From: Candidatus Margulisiibacteriota bacterium
Lineage (GTDB): Bacteria > Margulisbacteria > Marinamargulisbacteria > JBFWNS01
Reading direction: 5' to 3'
Length of the DNA stretch: 64,000 nucleotides
NCBI GenBank assembly: GCA_050250935.1
Contig: JBFWNS010000005.1
Coordinates: forward strand, 88,418 to 152,417
A model generated the notes under the pieces. The model was given only the letters and a program-made list of their open reading frames with translations. It did not search any database and had not been told where the DNA came from. Every line of letters starts with the position of its first letter. The first letter of the stretch is position 1. Position numbers and translations under genes: made by a program. Below are positions 29,877-39,276 of this stretch, one piece after another.

Positions 29877-30575
29877 ATGGCAGCAACTAACCCCATTCTT
29901 TCAAATACTCCTGTGAATCTTGTTCGTGCTTTTTCAAGCGGGCAGGGCACCACTGTTGCCCAAGCCGATACCTCCTTTCAAAATGTTTTGGATTCCGAAA
30001 TTCAACTGTCTGCACAACGGGCTTCTCAGCTTCAATCGGCTGGGGGAACGGCTGGTTCTGGGGTGGCTGTACAACAACCTTCCATTGCCGATTACCTGCG
30101 TGCCCAATACTTTGGCCGAACCATTTCTTACACAGATGCCAGCGGTGCCACCTACGATTCGGGCCAAATCAAAGAGCTCGTGGTTGGTGCAGATGGCGCC
30201 TATTATTTTAACCTCAAAGATGGTCAGCGTGTTCGGGTGGTTTTTCAGGGGCAAGAAATTAAAAACCCCAGCACCAGAACCCCCTATCAAGCCGGTCAAG
30301 CTCGGTTGGATTCGGAACGCTATTTAAATTCGGCCATTTCCCCCTTGTTGTCCGATGCTGGCGAGGCTGCAAGCAATGCCCGTTCAACCATCGGTCAAAC
30401 CTCGAGCTACCAAAGCCGACAATCAGCCATTGCCAATTTGCCCTCGGAGCCGTTAACCTACATTGACACTGCAACCAACCAAGAAAAGACAGGGGATGCC
30501 CTGGTTCTTGGAAACCGACTTGTCCTTAAAACCTCTCAAGCCCCCATCAAGATTCGATTCGAAAGAGAAAATTAG
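29877..30575 (+). CDS. flgD: flagellar hook assembly/capping protein FlgD-like
   Basis: 232 aa. The central beta-rich segment (TISYTDASGATYDSGQIKELVVGADGAYYFNLKDGQRVRVVF) resembles the FlgD Ig-like domain. Gene order supports the call. Confidence 0.45.
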   Translation: MAATNPILSNTPVNLVRAFSSGQGTTVAQADTSFQNVLDSEIQLSAQRASQLQSAGGTAGSGVAVQQPSIADYLRAQYFGRTISYTDASGATYDSGQIKELVVGADGAYYFNLKDGQRVRVVFQGQEIKNPSTRTPYQAGQARLDSERYLNSAISPLLSDAGEAASNARSTIGQTSSYQSRQSAIANLPSEPLTYIDTATNQEKTGDALVLGNRLVLKTSQAPIKIRFEREN

Positions 30576-31906
30576 TGGATCACCAACACCAACACGCTTT
30601 CTTTAGAAAAATTAAATTGGTTCCAGCCATCGGGGATTGGACCACGATTCAGTATCACGATCCCGATCAAGAAGAAACCCGTGTTTCCCAAATCACCAAC
30701 ATCAACTTCGACCGCCTGCCCAAAGAGCAACTCAGCTATGTTCACTATTTGCACTATCGTTTGGCAGAAGACATTGCCAAAGACCTCGCAGATGGGTTGG
30801 ACATCAGTGTAGAACTGCATTCCATTTCGGCCAAACAAATGGCCTACCAAGATTTTGTAACCCTGCAAACCGATCCCATGCTTCAGGCCCATGTCCCCGT
30901 TTTGGGCTCTGGGACAGTTTCGTTGTTTTTGGACTGGGGTTTTTCAGAAATGATTGCCAGCCGTTTAACGGGTGGGGGCTTGGAAGAATCTGGGTCTACC
31001 TCTTTTTCTACCCTCGAGTTGGCTGTTCTTAAAACCCAGGTGCTTCATGTTGTGCCCTTGTTGGATAAGGCTTGGAAATCGGTCATGGGCCTTTCTTCAG
31101 AGGCTGTCGATGTAAAAGCAGGTCAATATCGTCCCGATAAACGGTTGTCGCCCCGCGATGCCTTGGTGATCTTTACGTTTTATTTCCAGTTGGGCAAAGA
31201 CGATGTGAAGTCCATGTCTGTGGCCTATCCAACCCGCGTGTTGCGCAAGTTGTTGGGCCTGCGAAAGGCCTTGCCAGATCCGGTTAAACGCCGGGTGTTC
31301 TTGAGCCCAGAAACCCTTAAAAAACTCAAAGTTCCCGTCAAGGCTGTTTTGGGGGAAACCACCATTACCATGGCCGATTTCCGCCAGCTTCAGGTTGGGG
31401 ATGTCATTGGCTTGGATGCCACTCTGGACCACCCAGTTTCTGTTAGCTTGGGCGACGATGTTCAATTGTTTGCTCAGCCCGGGGTTGTGAATCAAAAAAG
31501 TGCGGTTCAGTTGTTGTGGTGGACGCCCAGCGATGCCAAAGAAACCCACTCGGTAGACGTTGCACCGGTGCATGCAATTGCGGCCCCTGTGGTGGCCCCT
31601 GCCCCTGCTGTTGTAGAAATGCCTGCGCCCGCACCCGAACCGATTGCGGTTCCCGTTTCTTCTGAGCATGACGACAATCCTTTGGATTTGGACGAAGACG
31701 ATCACCGTCCCGAAGCCTTGGAAGAGTCGGACATGACCCACAGCCTTTCCGACGAACACGAGCATGACGATCTAGACCTGATGTTCGACGATGAACCTGC
31801 CCACGAAGACCACGACGATGCCCATGCCGTAGACGATGCCTTAACCCACGAGCCGGACGCCCATGACGAAGACGATTTTTCGTGGGATGATCTAGACAAA
31901 CTTTAG
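30575..31906 (+). CDS. fliM: flagellar motor switch protein FliM with a long acidic/His-rich C-terminal extension
   Basis: Middle-domain GGXG region (RLTGGGLEESGSTSFSTLELAVL). C-terminal SpoA/FliN-like domain (ITMADFRQLQVGDVIGLD...VSLGDDVQLFAQPGVV). Then about 110 extra D/E/H-rich residues. Confidence 0.8.
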   Translation: MDHQHQHAFFRKIKLVPAIGDWTTIQYHDPDQEETRVSQITNINFDRLPKEQLSYVHYLHYRLAEDIAKDLADGLDISVELHSISAKQMAYQDFVTLQTDPMLQAHVPVLGSGTVSLFLDWGFSEMIASRLTGGGLEESGSTSFSTLELAVLKTQVLHVVPLLDKAWKSVMGLSSEAVDVKAGQYRPDKRLSPRDALVIFTFYFQLGKDDVKSMSVAYPTRVLRKLLGLRKALPDPVKRRVFLSPETLKKLKVPVKAVLGETTITMADFRQLQVGDVIGLDATLDHPVSVSLGDDVQLFAQPGVVNQKSAVQLLWWTPSDAKETHSVDVAPVHAIAAPVVAPAPAVVEMPAPAPEPIAVPVSSEHDDNPLDLDEDDHRPEALEESDMTHSLSDEHEHDDLDLMFDDEPAHEDHDDAHAVDDALTHEPDAHDEDDFSWDDLDKL

Positions 31907-31918
31907 GAAGACACAGGC

Positions 31919-32668
31919 ATGAGAAAAATTAGCATTATGAATTACAAGGGCGGAACCGGGAAAACCAGCACAGTGGTTAACCTGGCTCACGGACTTGCAC
32001 TTCAAGGTCAGAAAGTCTTGGTCATCGATACCGATCCCCAAGGATCTTCTGGCTATCATTTGGGCATTAACACCGATGGTGCTGTTCCCACCCTTTACGA
32101 TTTGTTGATTCAAGGCAAAAGCCCCCGAGAGTGCATTGTTAATGCCAGAGAGGGTATTGATATCATTTGCAGCAACGAACGGTTGTTTCCCGCAGAAATG
32201 GCCTTGTCCAAAGAAAAAGACCGAGAGTTTAGACTCCAACACTGTTTGGAAAATTTGACCGGATACGACTATGTGTTGGTCGATTGTCCGCCTTCGATGA
32301 ATTTGTTGAATCAAAATTCGTTGTTGTATGCCAACGATATTTATTTGCCAGTGTCCATGGAATATTTGTCCTTGGTGGGTGTCAAACAGTTGTTGTCCAA
32401 CATTGGCCTGATCAATTCCATTTTTAAGGCCAATATTCAAGTTTCGAAAGTCATCCCAACGTTCTATGACAAACGGAACACCAAGTCCAAAGAAATTGTG
32501 GACAGCTTAAACCGGGTGTTTCCTGGCCTCATCTCGTCTCCGATTGGGGTCAGTGTTGCCATTTCCGAAGCCGCTGGGGTTAAGCAAACAGTGTTCGAAT
32601 ACGATGCAAGCTCCAAAGGGGCCCAAGATTATCTACAATTAACGAAAGAGGTGTTGTCTCATGGCTAA
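31919..32668 (+). CDS. ParA/MinD-family ATPase inside the flagellar operon
   Basis: Deviant Walker A KGGTGKTS, DTDPQG, VLVDCPPS. Confidence 0.75.
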   Translation: MRKISIMNYKGGTGKTSTVVNLAHGLALQGQKVLVIDTDPQGSSGYHLGINTDGAVPTLYDLLIQGKSPRECIVNAREGIDIICSNERLFPAEMALSKEKDREFRLQHCLENLTGYDYVLVDCPPSMNLLNQNSLLYANDIYLPVSMEYLSLVGVKQLLSNIGLINSIFKANIQVSKVIPTFYDKRNTKSKEIVDSLNRVFPGLISSPIGVSVAISEAAGVKQTVFEYDASSKGAQDYLQLTKEVLSHG

Positions 32669-33053
32669 AAAGAAAAAATTTGATGATCCGCTAGAAGGCA
32701 TTGATCCGGTTATGAAGACGGCCTTTTCCGTCGATGAGGTTTCAGAAACCTCTGGGGCACCCATCGCACCGGTCGAGTTTCCAACCTTAAAGCCTGAAAC
32801 GTCGGCCAAAAAAGTAGAAGTGGATGTTTTTTCGAATATCCCTGTTAATGTTTCTGTCGAGTTGGGTCGTGCAGAAGTGTCTTTAAAAGACGTTTACGAA
32901 CTCAGCGAAGGCTCTATCATCGAATTGGAGCGTTTGGTTGGTGAGCCCCTGGATTTGGTGGTGAATGGCCAAGTGGTTGCCCAAGGCGAAGTGGTGGCCA
33001 TCGACAACAATTATGGTCTTCGGGTAACCCATATTTTGGCTTCTGCAAAGTAA
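32661..33053 (+). CDS. fliN: flagellar motor switch protein FliN
   Basis: SpoA domain VSVELGRAEVSLKDVYELSEGSIIELERLVGEPLDLVVNGQVVAQGEVV. Confidence 0.9.
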   Translation: MAKKKKFDDPLEGIDPVMKTAFSVDEVSETSGAPIAPVEFPTLKPETSAKKVEVDVFSNIPVNVSVELGRAEVSLKDVYELSEGSIIELERLVGEPLDLVVNGQVVAQGEVVAIDNNYGLRVTHILASAK

Positions 33054-33293
33054 ATGGCCATTTCCTATTACCTGCAAGTCACCTTGTCCTTGCTGGTATT
33101 TATTGGCTTTTTGTTTGCAGCCACGCGGTTTTCGAAATCCTTGCAAACAAAGCGGTTTTCCTGCGAAATGAAAATTATCGATCGCTTGGCAGTGGATCAG
33201 GAAGTGGCTTTGGCCATTGTCGAAGTCCGAGACCAGCAGTACCTGATGGGTGTCAGCAAAAACAATGTTCGCATTTTAAAGAAACTTTCATGA
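33054..33293 (+). CDS. fliO: flagellar biosynthesis protein FliO
   Basis: 79 aa, single N-terminal TM helix, then RLAVDQEVALAIVEVRDQQYLMGVSKNNV. It sits directly upstream of fliP. Confidence 0.7.
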   Translation: MAISYYLQVTLSLLVFIGFLFAATRFSKSLQTKRFSCEMKIIDRLAVDQEVALAIVEVRDQQYLMGVSKNNVRILKKLS

Positions 33294-34021
33294 AATACCT
33301 TAAATATGCTTTGAGTGCTTTGGTTATCGCAGTTGTTTTGGGTGGCACTTCGGTGTTTGCCCAAGCCGATGCGGGTAATCTGATTCGTCCCGAAATGTTC
33401 AGCTCTAGCATTAACATTTTATTGTCCTTGTCAGCCATTGGGTTTGTGCCCTTGTTTTTGATGTCCGCCACGTCTTTTTTGCGCATCGTTATTGTGATGG
33501 GGATGATTCGAAGTGCTATTGGAACCCAACAAAGCCCGCCCAATGCGGTGATTGTTTCGTTGTCTGTTTTCTTGACCATTTTTGTGATGACGCCCACCTG
33601 GAACGAAGTGAATCAAACGGCCATTATTCCTTACCAAGAGGGCCGAATCAGCCAAAGACAGGCCTTCGATTTGGGGGTACAACCCGTTCGAAAATTCATG
33701 TTAAAGTTCACCCGCGAAAAAGATTTGGCTTTGTTTTTGGAATTTTCTCAACTTAAAACCGTCACCAATTACGACGATGTTCCCATCTATGTTTTGGTTC
33801 CCGCTTTTATGATTTCCGAGCTTAAGACCGCTTTCCAAATTGGGTTTTTATTGTTTATTCCTTTTGTTGTCATCGATTTGATTGTGTCGAATATCCTCTT
33901 GTCTTTGGGGATGTTCATGTTGTCGCCGGCCATGATTTCGTTGCCGTTTAAAATTCTATTGTTTGTTCTCACCGATGGCTGGAATCTTGTCATTCGGGGG
34001 ATTTTGCTTAGTTTTAAATAA
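33290..34021 (+). CDS. fliP: flagellar export apparatus protein FliP
   Basis: Signal sequence plus conserved GMFMLSPAMISLPFKILLFVLTDGW. Confidence 0.95.
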   Translation: MKYLKYALSALVIAVVLGGTSVFAQADAGNLIRPEMFSSSINILLSLSAIGFVPLFLMSATSFLRIVIVMGMIRSAIGTQQSPPNAVIVSLSVFLTIFVMTPTWNEVNQTAIIPYQEGRISQRQAFDLGVQPVRKFMLKFTREKDLALFLEFSQLKTVTNYDDVPIYVLVPAFMISELKTAFQIGFLLFIPFVVIDLIVSNILLSLGMFMLSPAMISLPFKILLFVLTDGWNLVIRGILLSFK

Positions 34022-35007
34022 TGAGGCATTTTGGCATTGCGCTGATGGTGGCCCTGGCGAGTTCGGGGTGGTGTTTGGCCCAAGGTTCGCCTTTTTCTGC
34101 CTTGCATAACCGTCTGCAAGATGGGGCTCAAGCCTTTGTCATTAGCAACTATCCTGAAGAAGTGGTGATTCCCGGCATTGTGTTCGACGAAGCTTTTGCT
34201 CAGGATGCCCGCGTTTTTTACTATCATAAAAACGGAGCCCCACTACCGTTGGACCTTCAGCTAACCGTGACCAATCCCCAGTCCAAGCCCTTGTGGGTTA
34301 CCGTCAATGTGGGATTGGCTGGCCCTTCTCCGGACGGGTTATATGTGGGGCACAAGGCGGCCAAAGCCTATTTAATGGACACTAAACCCCAGCGAATTTT
34401 GGTGCCTGCTTTTGGGACCCTGTCTTTGGCCAAAACCACCCTCAAACCAGGGCAAGTGTGCGAAGGCATTGTGGGTGTCTATGCGGGACAAAATCCCTTC
34501 CGACTTTCTTTGGCTGTTGTAGATCCTGCTGTTCCTTATGTAGCGACTTTGCTAAAGGACATGGCGGTCCCCGCCTATACTTTTGGGCGCTTTTCGTCTG
34601 CGACGGTTGAATCGGTGACAAGCTTCGATTGTGGCGATAAGTTGCAGGAATGGGGCTTGGGTGACGAGCCTTTCGCCGTTGATGTGGTGCGTCGACTCAC
34701 GCTTAAAGGCAATTATGGCTTCCATTATTATTATGCGACCCAGCTGACCAATACCCAAGCCCTTCCTCGAAAAGTCACCTTGTTGTATGCCCCTTCTGCA
34801 GGAATGAGCCGCGCGGTTTTATGTGTGAATGACAAATGGATTGAAACCAAACTGTTTCGGCCCCATAATCAAGACCAGCCCGAATCTGTTTTTGAAGCGA
34901 TTCTTCAACCTGGAGAATCCCGGTGGTTAACGGTTTTTGCAACCCCACAAGGGGGAGGCTTTTACCCCGTTCGTTTTGTTTTGCGTGCGATGGCCGTTTC
35001 CCCATAA
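34021..35007 (+). CDS. hypothetical secreted/periplasmic protein inserted between fliP and fliQ
   Basis: Signal peptide MRHFGIALMVALASSGWCLAQ. 328 aa. TAATG overlap with the fliP stop. No recognised domain. Confidence 0.6.
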   Translation: MRHFGIALMVALASSGWCLAQGSPFSALHNRLQDGAQAFVISNYPEEVVIPGIVFDEAFAQDARVFYYHKNGAPLPLDLQLTVTNPQSKPLWVTVNVGLAGPSPDGLYVGHKAAKAYLMDTKPQRILVPAFGTLSLAKTTLKPGQVCEGIVGVYAGQNPFRLSLAVVDPAVPYVATLLKDMAVPAYTFGRFSSATVESVTSFDCGDKLQEWGLGDEPFAVDVVRRLTLKGNYGFHYYYATQLTNTQALPRKVTLLYAPSAGMSRAVLCVNDKWIETKLFRPHNQDQPESVFEAILQPGESRWLTVFATPQGGGFYPVRFVLRAMAVSP

Positions 35008-35029
35008 GGTTGAGTAAAGGAGTCTTATC

Positions 35030-35299
35030 ATGAACGTGGATATTGTAACCAGTATTATTTATTCCGCAGTCCAAGTGACCATTTTGGCATCCTTGCCCAG
35101 CGTGGGTTTGGGGCTGCTGATTGGTCTGTTGATTGCGATTTTTCAGGCGGTTACCCAGGTTCAAGAACAAACCCTTACCTTTGTACCTAAAATGATTGTG
35201 GTCTTTTTGGTGTTGGCGGCGACCTTCCCGTGGATGTCCCGATTGGTCATCGAAATGTCTGTGTCGCTTTGGCAGAATATTCCTTTGTATTCGCGATGA
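35030..35299 (+). CDS. fliQ: flagellar export apparatus protein FliQ
   Basis: 89 aa, two TM helices, with the conserved region GLLIGLLIAIFQAVTQVQEQTLTFVPK. Confidence 0.95.
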   Translation: MNVDIVTSIIYSAVQVTILASLPSVGLGLLIGLLIAIFQAVTQVQEQTLTFVPKMIVVFLVLAATFPWMSRLVIEMSVSLWQNIPLYSR

Positions 35300-36090
35300 T
35301 CATTACCCTGGATCAGGTTGTCTGCTATTTCCTGATTTTCGCCCGCTTGCTGGGGATGCTGATGTTGGCCCCCGTGTTTAACCGAAAAGAAATTTTTGCC
35401 TTGTCCAAGGTGGCCTTTTTGTTTTGGTTGAGTGGTCTTTTAATTTTTGTGGTTCCCATGGCCGTTCATCCGCCAGCTTCCCCTGTTGCCATGGTGATTG
35501 CGGTGGTGATGGAATTTATGGTTGGGGCCATGTTGGGCTTTATTACGGACATGATCGTGGTGGGATTGGAAGCGGCTGGGACCCTGATGGATACCCAGGC
35601 TGGTTTGAGTGTGGCCAGCATCTTGGATCCTTCTTCGGGTCGGTCCATCACCATTATTTCGTCGTTGTTAAAGTGGGTGGCCATTGTGGTCTTTTTGATG
35701 TTGGACGGCCACCACATGTTGCTATCGGCTGTGGTTCAAAGTTTTAAACTCTTGCCCATTGGAGCACCGTTTAATATTCCCCAGGCCGCTTGGTATGTGG
35801 TGGGATTGGGGGGCGATATTTTCTATATTGCCGTTCAATTGTCTGCACCCATTATGTTGGTGGTATTCCTGATTGACTTTGTTTTTGGCATGCTCAGTCG
35901 TGTTGCGCCGCAGGTTAACGTGTTTCAATTGGGGTTTCAAATTAAGCCCTTAATCAGTTTGCTGATTTTCTTGGCCATTGTGCCAGGTATTAGCGGTAGT
36001 GTGAGTAGCTTGTTGGAACGGGTTACCGACTATATTTTGCATGCGTTCTATTTGTTGCAATTGCCCCCAACGATGGGGCTAGGAGGCTAG
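35296..36090 (+). CDS. fliR: flagellar export apparatus protein FliR
   Basis: Polytopic membrane protein. The conserved start MIITLDQVVCYFLIFARLLGMLMLAPVF lies at ATG 35296, in an ATGA overlap with fliQ. The ORF track starts at 35230. Confidence 0.9.
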   Translation: MIITLDQVVCYFLIFARLLGMLMLAPVFNRKEIFALSKVAFLFWLSGLLIFVVPMAVHPPASPVAMVIAVVMEFMVGAMLGFITDMIVVGLEAAGTLMDTQAGLSVASILDPSSGRSITIISSLLKWVAIVVFLMLDGHHMLLSAVVQSFKLLPIGAPFNIPQAAWYVVGLGGDIFYIAVQLSAPIMLVVFLIDFVFGMLSRVAPQVNVFQLGFQIKPLISLLIFLAIVPGISGSVSSLLERVTDYILHAFYLLQLPPTMGLGG

Positions 36091-36091
36091 G

Positions 36092-37165
36092 GTGGGCGAA
36101 GAAGACTCGGGCGAGAAAACCGAGGAGCCGACTCCTCATAAACTGCGAGAAGCCCGTAAAAAAGGGCAGATCGTCAAAAGCAAAGAAATCACCTCAGCCA
36201 TTCTGATGCTGGTGTCCTTTTTTACCCTCAAAGCCTCTGCGGTTTATATCTGGGAAAAAATTGCCGAAATTTCTTTTTACACCTTTAACCTGATTCCAGA
36301 AGAATTCACCGAAGCGGTTGCTGGAAAAATTTTAAAAGATGCCATGTGGATTTTTTTGGCGGCCATTGCCCCCCTTTTGTTTGCCACCTTCGTGGTGACT
36401 TTGTTGGTCGAATTTCTGCAAACCGGGTTCTTGCTCTCTGGCGAACCCTTGGTGCCGAATCTCGAAAAACTTAATCCAATCGAAGGCATCAAAAAAATGT
36501 TCGCACTTAAACAGTTGGTTGAGCTTTTAAAATCACTGATTAAAATGGCCATCGTGATTTATCTGCTTTACGGGGCCATTCGGGATCAGTTTTTTATGGT
36601 GGTGATTAGTCCGCAACTGAATTTGTGGCAAATTATGGGATTTACCGGTTCCATCATCATGGACGTTGTCACGCGGGTGGGAATTGCCTACATCATCTTG
36701 GCGATTTTTGACTATATGTACCAGCATTGGGAATTCATGAAATCCATGCGCATGTCCAAAAAAGAAATCAAGGACGAATACAAGCGTTTGGAAGGCGATC
36801 CCATGATCAAGCAACGCATGCGCGATGCCCAGCGCCAAATGGCTCAGGGGCGGCAAATGGGTGCTGTTCCACAGGCCGACGTGGTGGTTACCAACCCGAT
36901 TCACTTGGCCCTTGCGATTCAATACAAGCCCAATGTCATGAAGGCGCCGAAAATTCTGGCCAAGGGTCGCCGATTGGTGGCCGAAGAAATCAAACGCATT
37001 GCCCAAGACCACGATATTCCCATCGTCGAGAACAAACCCTTGGCGCAAGCCCTGTTTAAAGAAACCGAAGCCGACCAAGAGGTTCCGCCTCAGTACTACA
37101 AAGCGGTAGCTCAGATTCTGGCCTTTGTGTATAATCTGAAAAAGAAAAGAAAACAGAGGTTTTAG
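36092..37165 (+). CDS. flhB: flagellar export apparatus protein FlhB
   Basis: N-terminal EKTEEPTPHKLREARKKGQIVKSKE and autocleavage-site region. GTG start with AGGAGG RBS. Confidence 0.95.
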   Translation: MGEEDSGEKTEEPTPHKLREARKKGQIVKSKEITSAILMLVSFFTLKASAVYIWEKIAEISFYTFNLIPEEFTEAVAGKILKDAMWIFLAAIAPLLFATFVVTLLVEFLQTGFLLSGEPLVPNLEKLNPIEGIKKMFALKQLVELLKSLIKMAIVIYLLYGAIRDQFFMVVISPQLNLWQIMGFTGSIIMDVVTRVGIAYIILAIFDYMYQHWEFMKSMRMSKKEIKDEYKRLEGDPMIKQRMRDAQRQMAQGRQMGAVPQADVVVTNPIHLALAIQYKPNVMKAPKILAKGRRLVAEEIKRIAQDHDIPIVENKPLAQALFKETEADQEVPPQYYKAVAQILAFVYNLKKKRKQRF

Positions 37166-37171
37166 CACAAT

Positions 37172-39256
37172 ATGGTTGGTTTTAAAGACGTTAAGTCCCT
37201 ATTTTCAATCTCTGACGTTCTTCTCGCACTCATTTTGATTGTTGTTGTGAGCTTGATGGTTATCCCCATCCCTGTGTTTTTGCTCGACTTGTTGATGGTG
37301 TTGAACATTGCGGTTTCGGTGAGTGTGTTGCTCGTTGCCATGTATTTGTCTCAACCCCTCGATTTTGCAGCCTTCCCCTCTCTTCTTCTGGTTACCACCC
37401 TGCTGCGACTGTCCATTAACGTTTCCTCTGCCAAATTGATTTTGGGCTTGGGCCCCGAATTCCATGGCCAAGTGGTTTTGGCCTTTGCCGACTTCGTAAC
37501 AGAAGGCAATTTTGTGGTGGGGATTGTGGCGTTTTGTATCATTACCCTGGTTCAGTTTATCGTGGTTGTAAAAGGGTCGGAGCGGGTTGCCGAAGTTGCG
37601 GCACGGTTTACCTTGGATGCCTTGCCCGGTAAACAAATGAGTATCGATGCCGACTTAAACGCAGGCTTAATCGATGCCAACGAAGCCCGAAATCGCCGTA
37701 AAAAATTGGAAAAAGAATCCACCTTTTTTGGGTCCATGGATGGTGCTAATAAATTCGTTAAAGGGGATGCGGTTGCAGGCATCATCATCGTGATTATCAA
37801 CATTGTGGGTGGTTTGGCCATCGGTCGTTTCCAGCAAGGTCTTTCCATGACCGAATCGTTTCAGGTGTTTACCCGGCTGACGGTGGGGGATGGGTTGGTG
37901 GCTCAGGTTCCTGCCCTTTTAATTTCGATTGCAACGGGTTTGGTGGTCACCAAATCGGCTTCCGACGAAAGCTTGGGTAAGGATGTGGCGGCCCAAATTT
38001 TGTCCCAGCCCAAGGCGTTTGCGGTAACATCCATTATCTTGTTGTTGTTTTCCATTGTGCCAGGGCTTCCAGGGATTCCTTTCGCAGTGATGTCTGTGGT
38101 CTCGGGTGGCATGGCGTTTGGCATTATCAAATCCCGCCAAATGGCCGACGAAATGGCCGTGGATTCGGGTCAAGAATCCGCCAAAGATGCCATGAAAAAG
38201 CCCGAAAATCTGCTCAATACCTTGGCCTTGGATCCCATTACCCTTAAAACTGGTCGCAATTTGGTGCCTTTGATCGATCCCAGCCAAAACGGTCCCTTGT
38301 TGGAACGGATTACCTTGGTACGGTATCACATCGGGCAAGAACTGGGGTTTGTGATCCCCGGGGTTCGGGTTATGGACGATTTAACCTTGCCCCCCAACCA
38401 ATACGAGGTGGACATTCGCGGAACCCGCATTGCCATTGGCGAAGCCCTGCCTGGCCATATTTTTGTCCCACGGTCCTCGGGCGAGTTGCGTCGTAAAGGC
38501 ATTTCTGGGGTAGAGGTTGTGGATCCCATGACCATGCAGCCTGGCAGCTGGGTCACAGAAGATCAGCTCGAGGTTGTCCAAGATGCCCTCATGAACCCCA
38601 TGAGTATTACCGACTTCATCTCGGCCCACTTTGCCGAGGTGATTAAGCAGCACGCCGACGAAATCATGACCCGTCAAAATGTTCAGTCCTTAATCGAGCT
38701 TGTGAAAAACACCAACGCCGCCATTGTTCGGGAATTGGTTCCCGATATGGTGTCTTTGGGCCAAGTTCACAAGGTTCTTCAAGCACTGGTTAAAGAGCGG
38801 GTTTCCATTCGGGATTTGTCCACGATTTTGGAACGCTTGGCCGACTATGCCCATGTGTCCCGAGACACCAATTTGTTGTCGGAATATGTTCGCCAATCTT
38901 TGGCGCGTCAGGTTTGTACCAGCTATATGGACAAAGAAGATACGGTCACGGTTTTCACCATCGATCCTCGATTGGAAGAGCACATGATCAGTTCTATTCA
39001 CCAATCTGAGTATGGCTCCTTTTTGGCCTTGGATCCCCAATTGGGCGAAAATGTATTGAATCAAGTGGGCGAAAATGTGGCCAATTTCCGTAAAATGGAT
39101 AAGCCTCCAGTGTCCTTGTGTTCGCCAAGACTGCGGGTTCATTTTAAGAAATTTACAGAGCGTAACTATCCTCAGCTGGCGGTTTTGTCTTACAACGAAA
39201 TTGTGCCCCAGGTTAAAGTTCAGTCGATTGGGATTATTTCCTCGGATGATATCTAG
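37172..39256 (+). CDS. flhA: flagellar export apparatus protein FlhA
   Basis: 694 aa. N-terminal TM domain and the conserved VVKGSERVAEVAARFTLDALPGKQMSIDADLNAGLI loop. Confidence 0.95.
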   Translation: MVGFKDVKSLFSISDVLLALILIVVVSLMVIPIPVFLLDLLMVLNIAVSVSVLLVAMYLSQPLDFAAFPSLLLVTTLLRLSINVSSAKLILGLGPEFHGQVVLAFADFVTEGNFVVGIVAFCIITLVQFIVVVKGSERVAEVAARFTLDALPGKQMSIDADLNAGLIDANEARNRRKKLEKESTFFGSMDGANKFVKGDAVAGIIIVIINIVGGLAIGRFQQGLSMTESFQVFTRLTVGDGLVAQVPALLISIATGLVVTKSASDESLGKDVAAQILSQPKAFAVTSIILLLFSIVPGLPGIPFAVMSVVSGGMAFGIIKSRQMADEMAVDSGQESAKDAMKKPENLLNTLALDPITLKTGRNLVPLIDPSQNGPLLERITLVRYHIGQELGFVIPGVRVMDDLTLPPNQYEVDIRGTRIAIGEALPGHIFVPRSSGELRRKGISGVEVVDPMTMQPGSWVTEDQLEVVQDALMNPMSITDFISAHFAEVIKQHADEIMTRQNVQSLIELVKNTNAAIVRELVPDMVSLGQVHKVLQALVKERVSIRDLSTILERLADYAHVSRDTNLLSEYVRQSLARQVCTSYMDKEDTVTVFTIDPRLEEHMISSIHQSEYGSFLALDPQLGENVLNQVGENVANFRKMDKPPVSLCSPRLRVHFKKFTERNYPQLAVLSYNEIVPQVKVQSIGIISSDDI

Positions 39257-39276
39257 CCGATCGGGCAGGGGGCATC

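Noticed and set aside
31097-31765. 222-aa minus-strand ORF, one of many 60-200 aa antisense ORFs in the track (others include 36533-37168 and 46122-46751)
   Set aside because: All lie entirely inside strongly supported CDSs (fliM, flhB and the 862-aa gene). They show His/Arg/Gly-biased shadow-ORF composition and lack RBSs.
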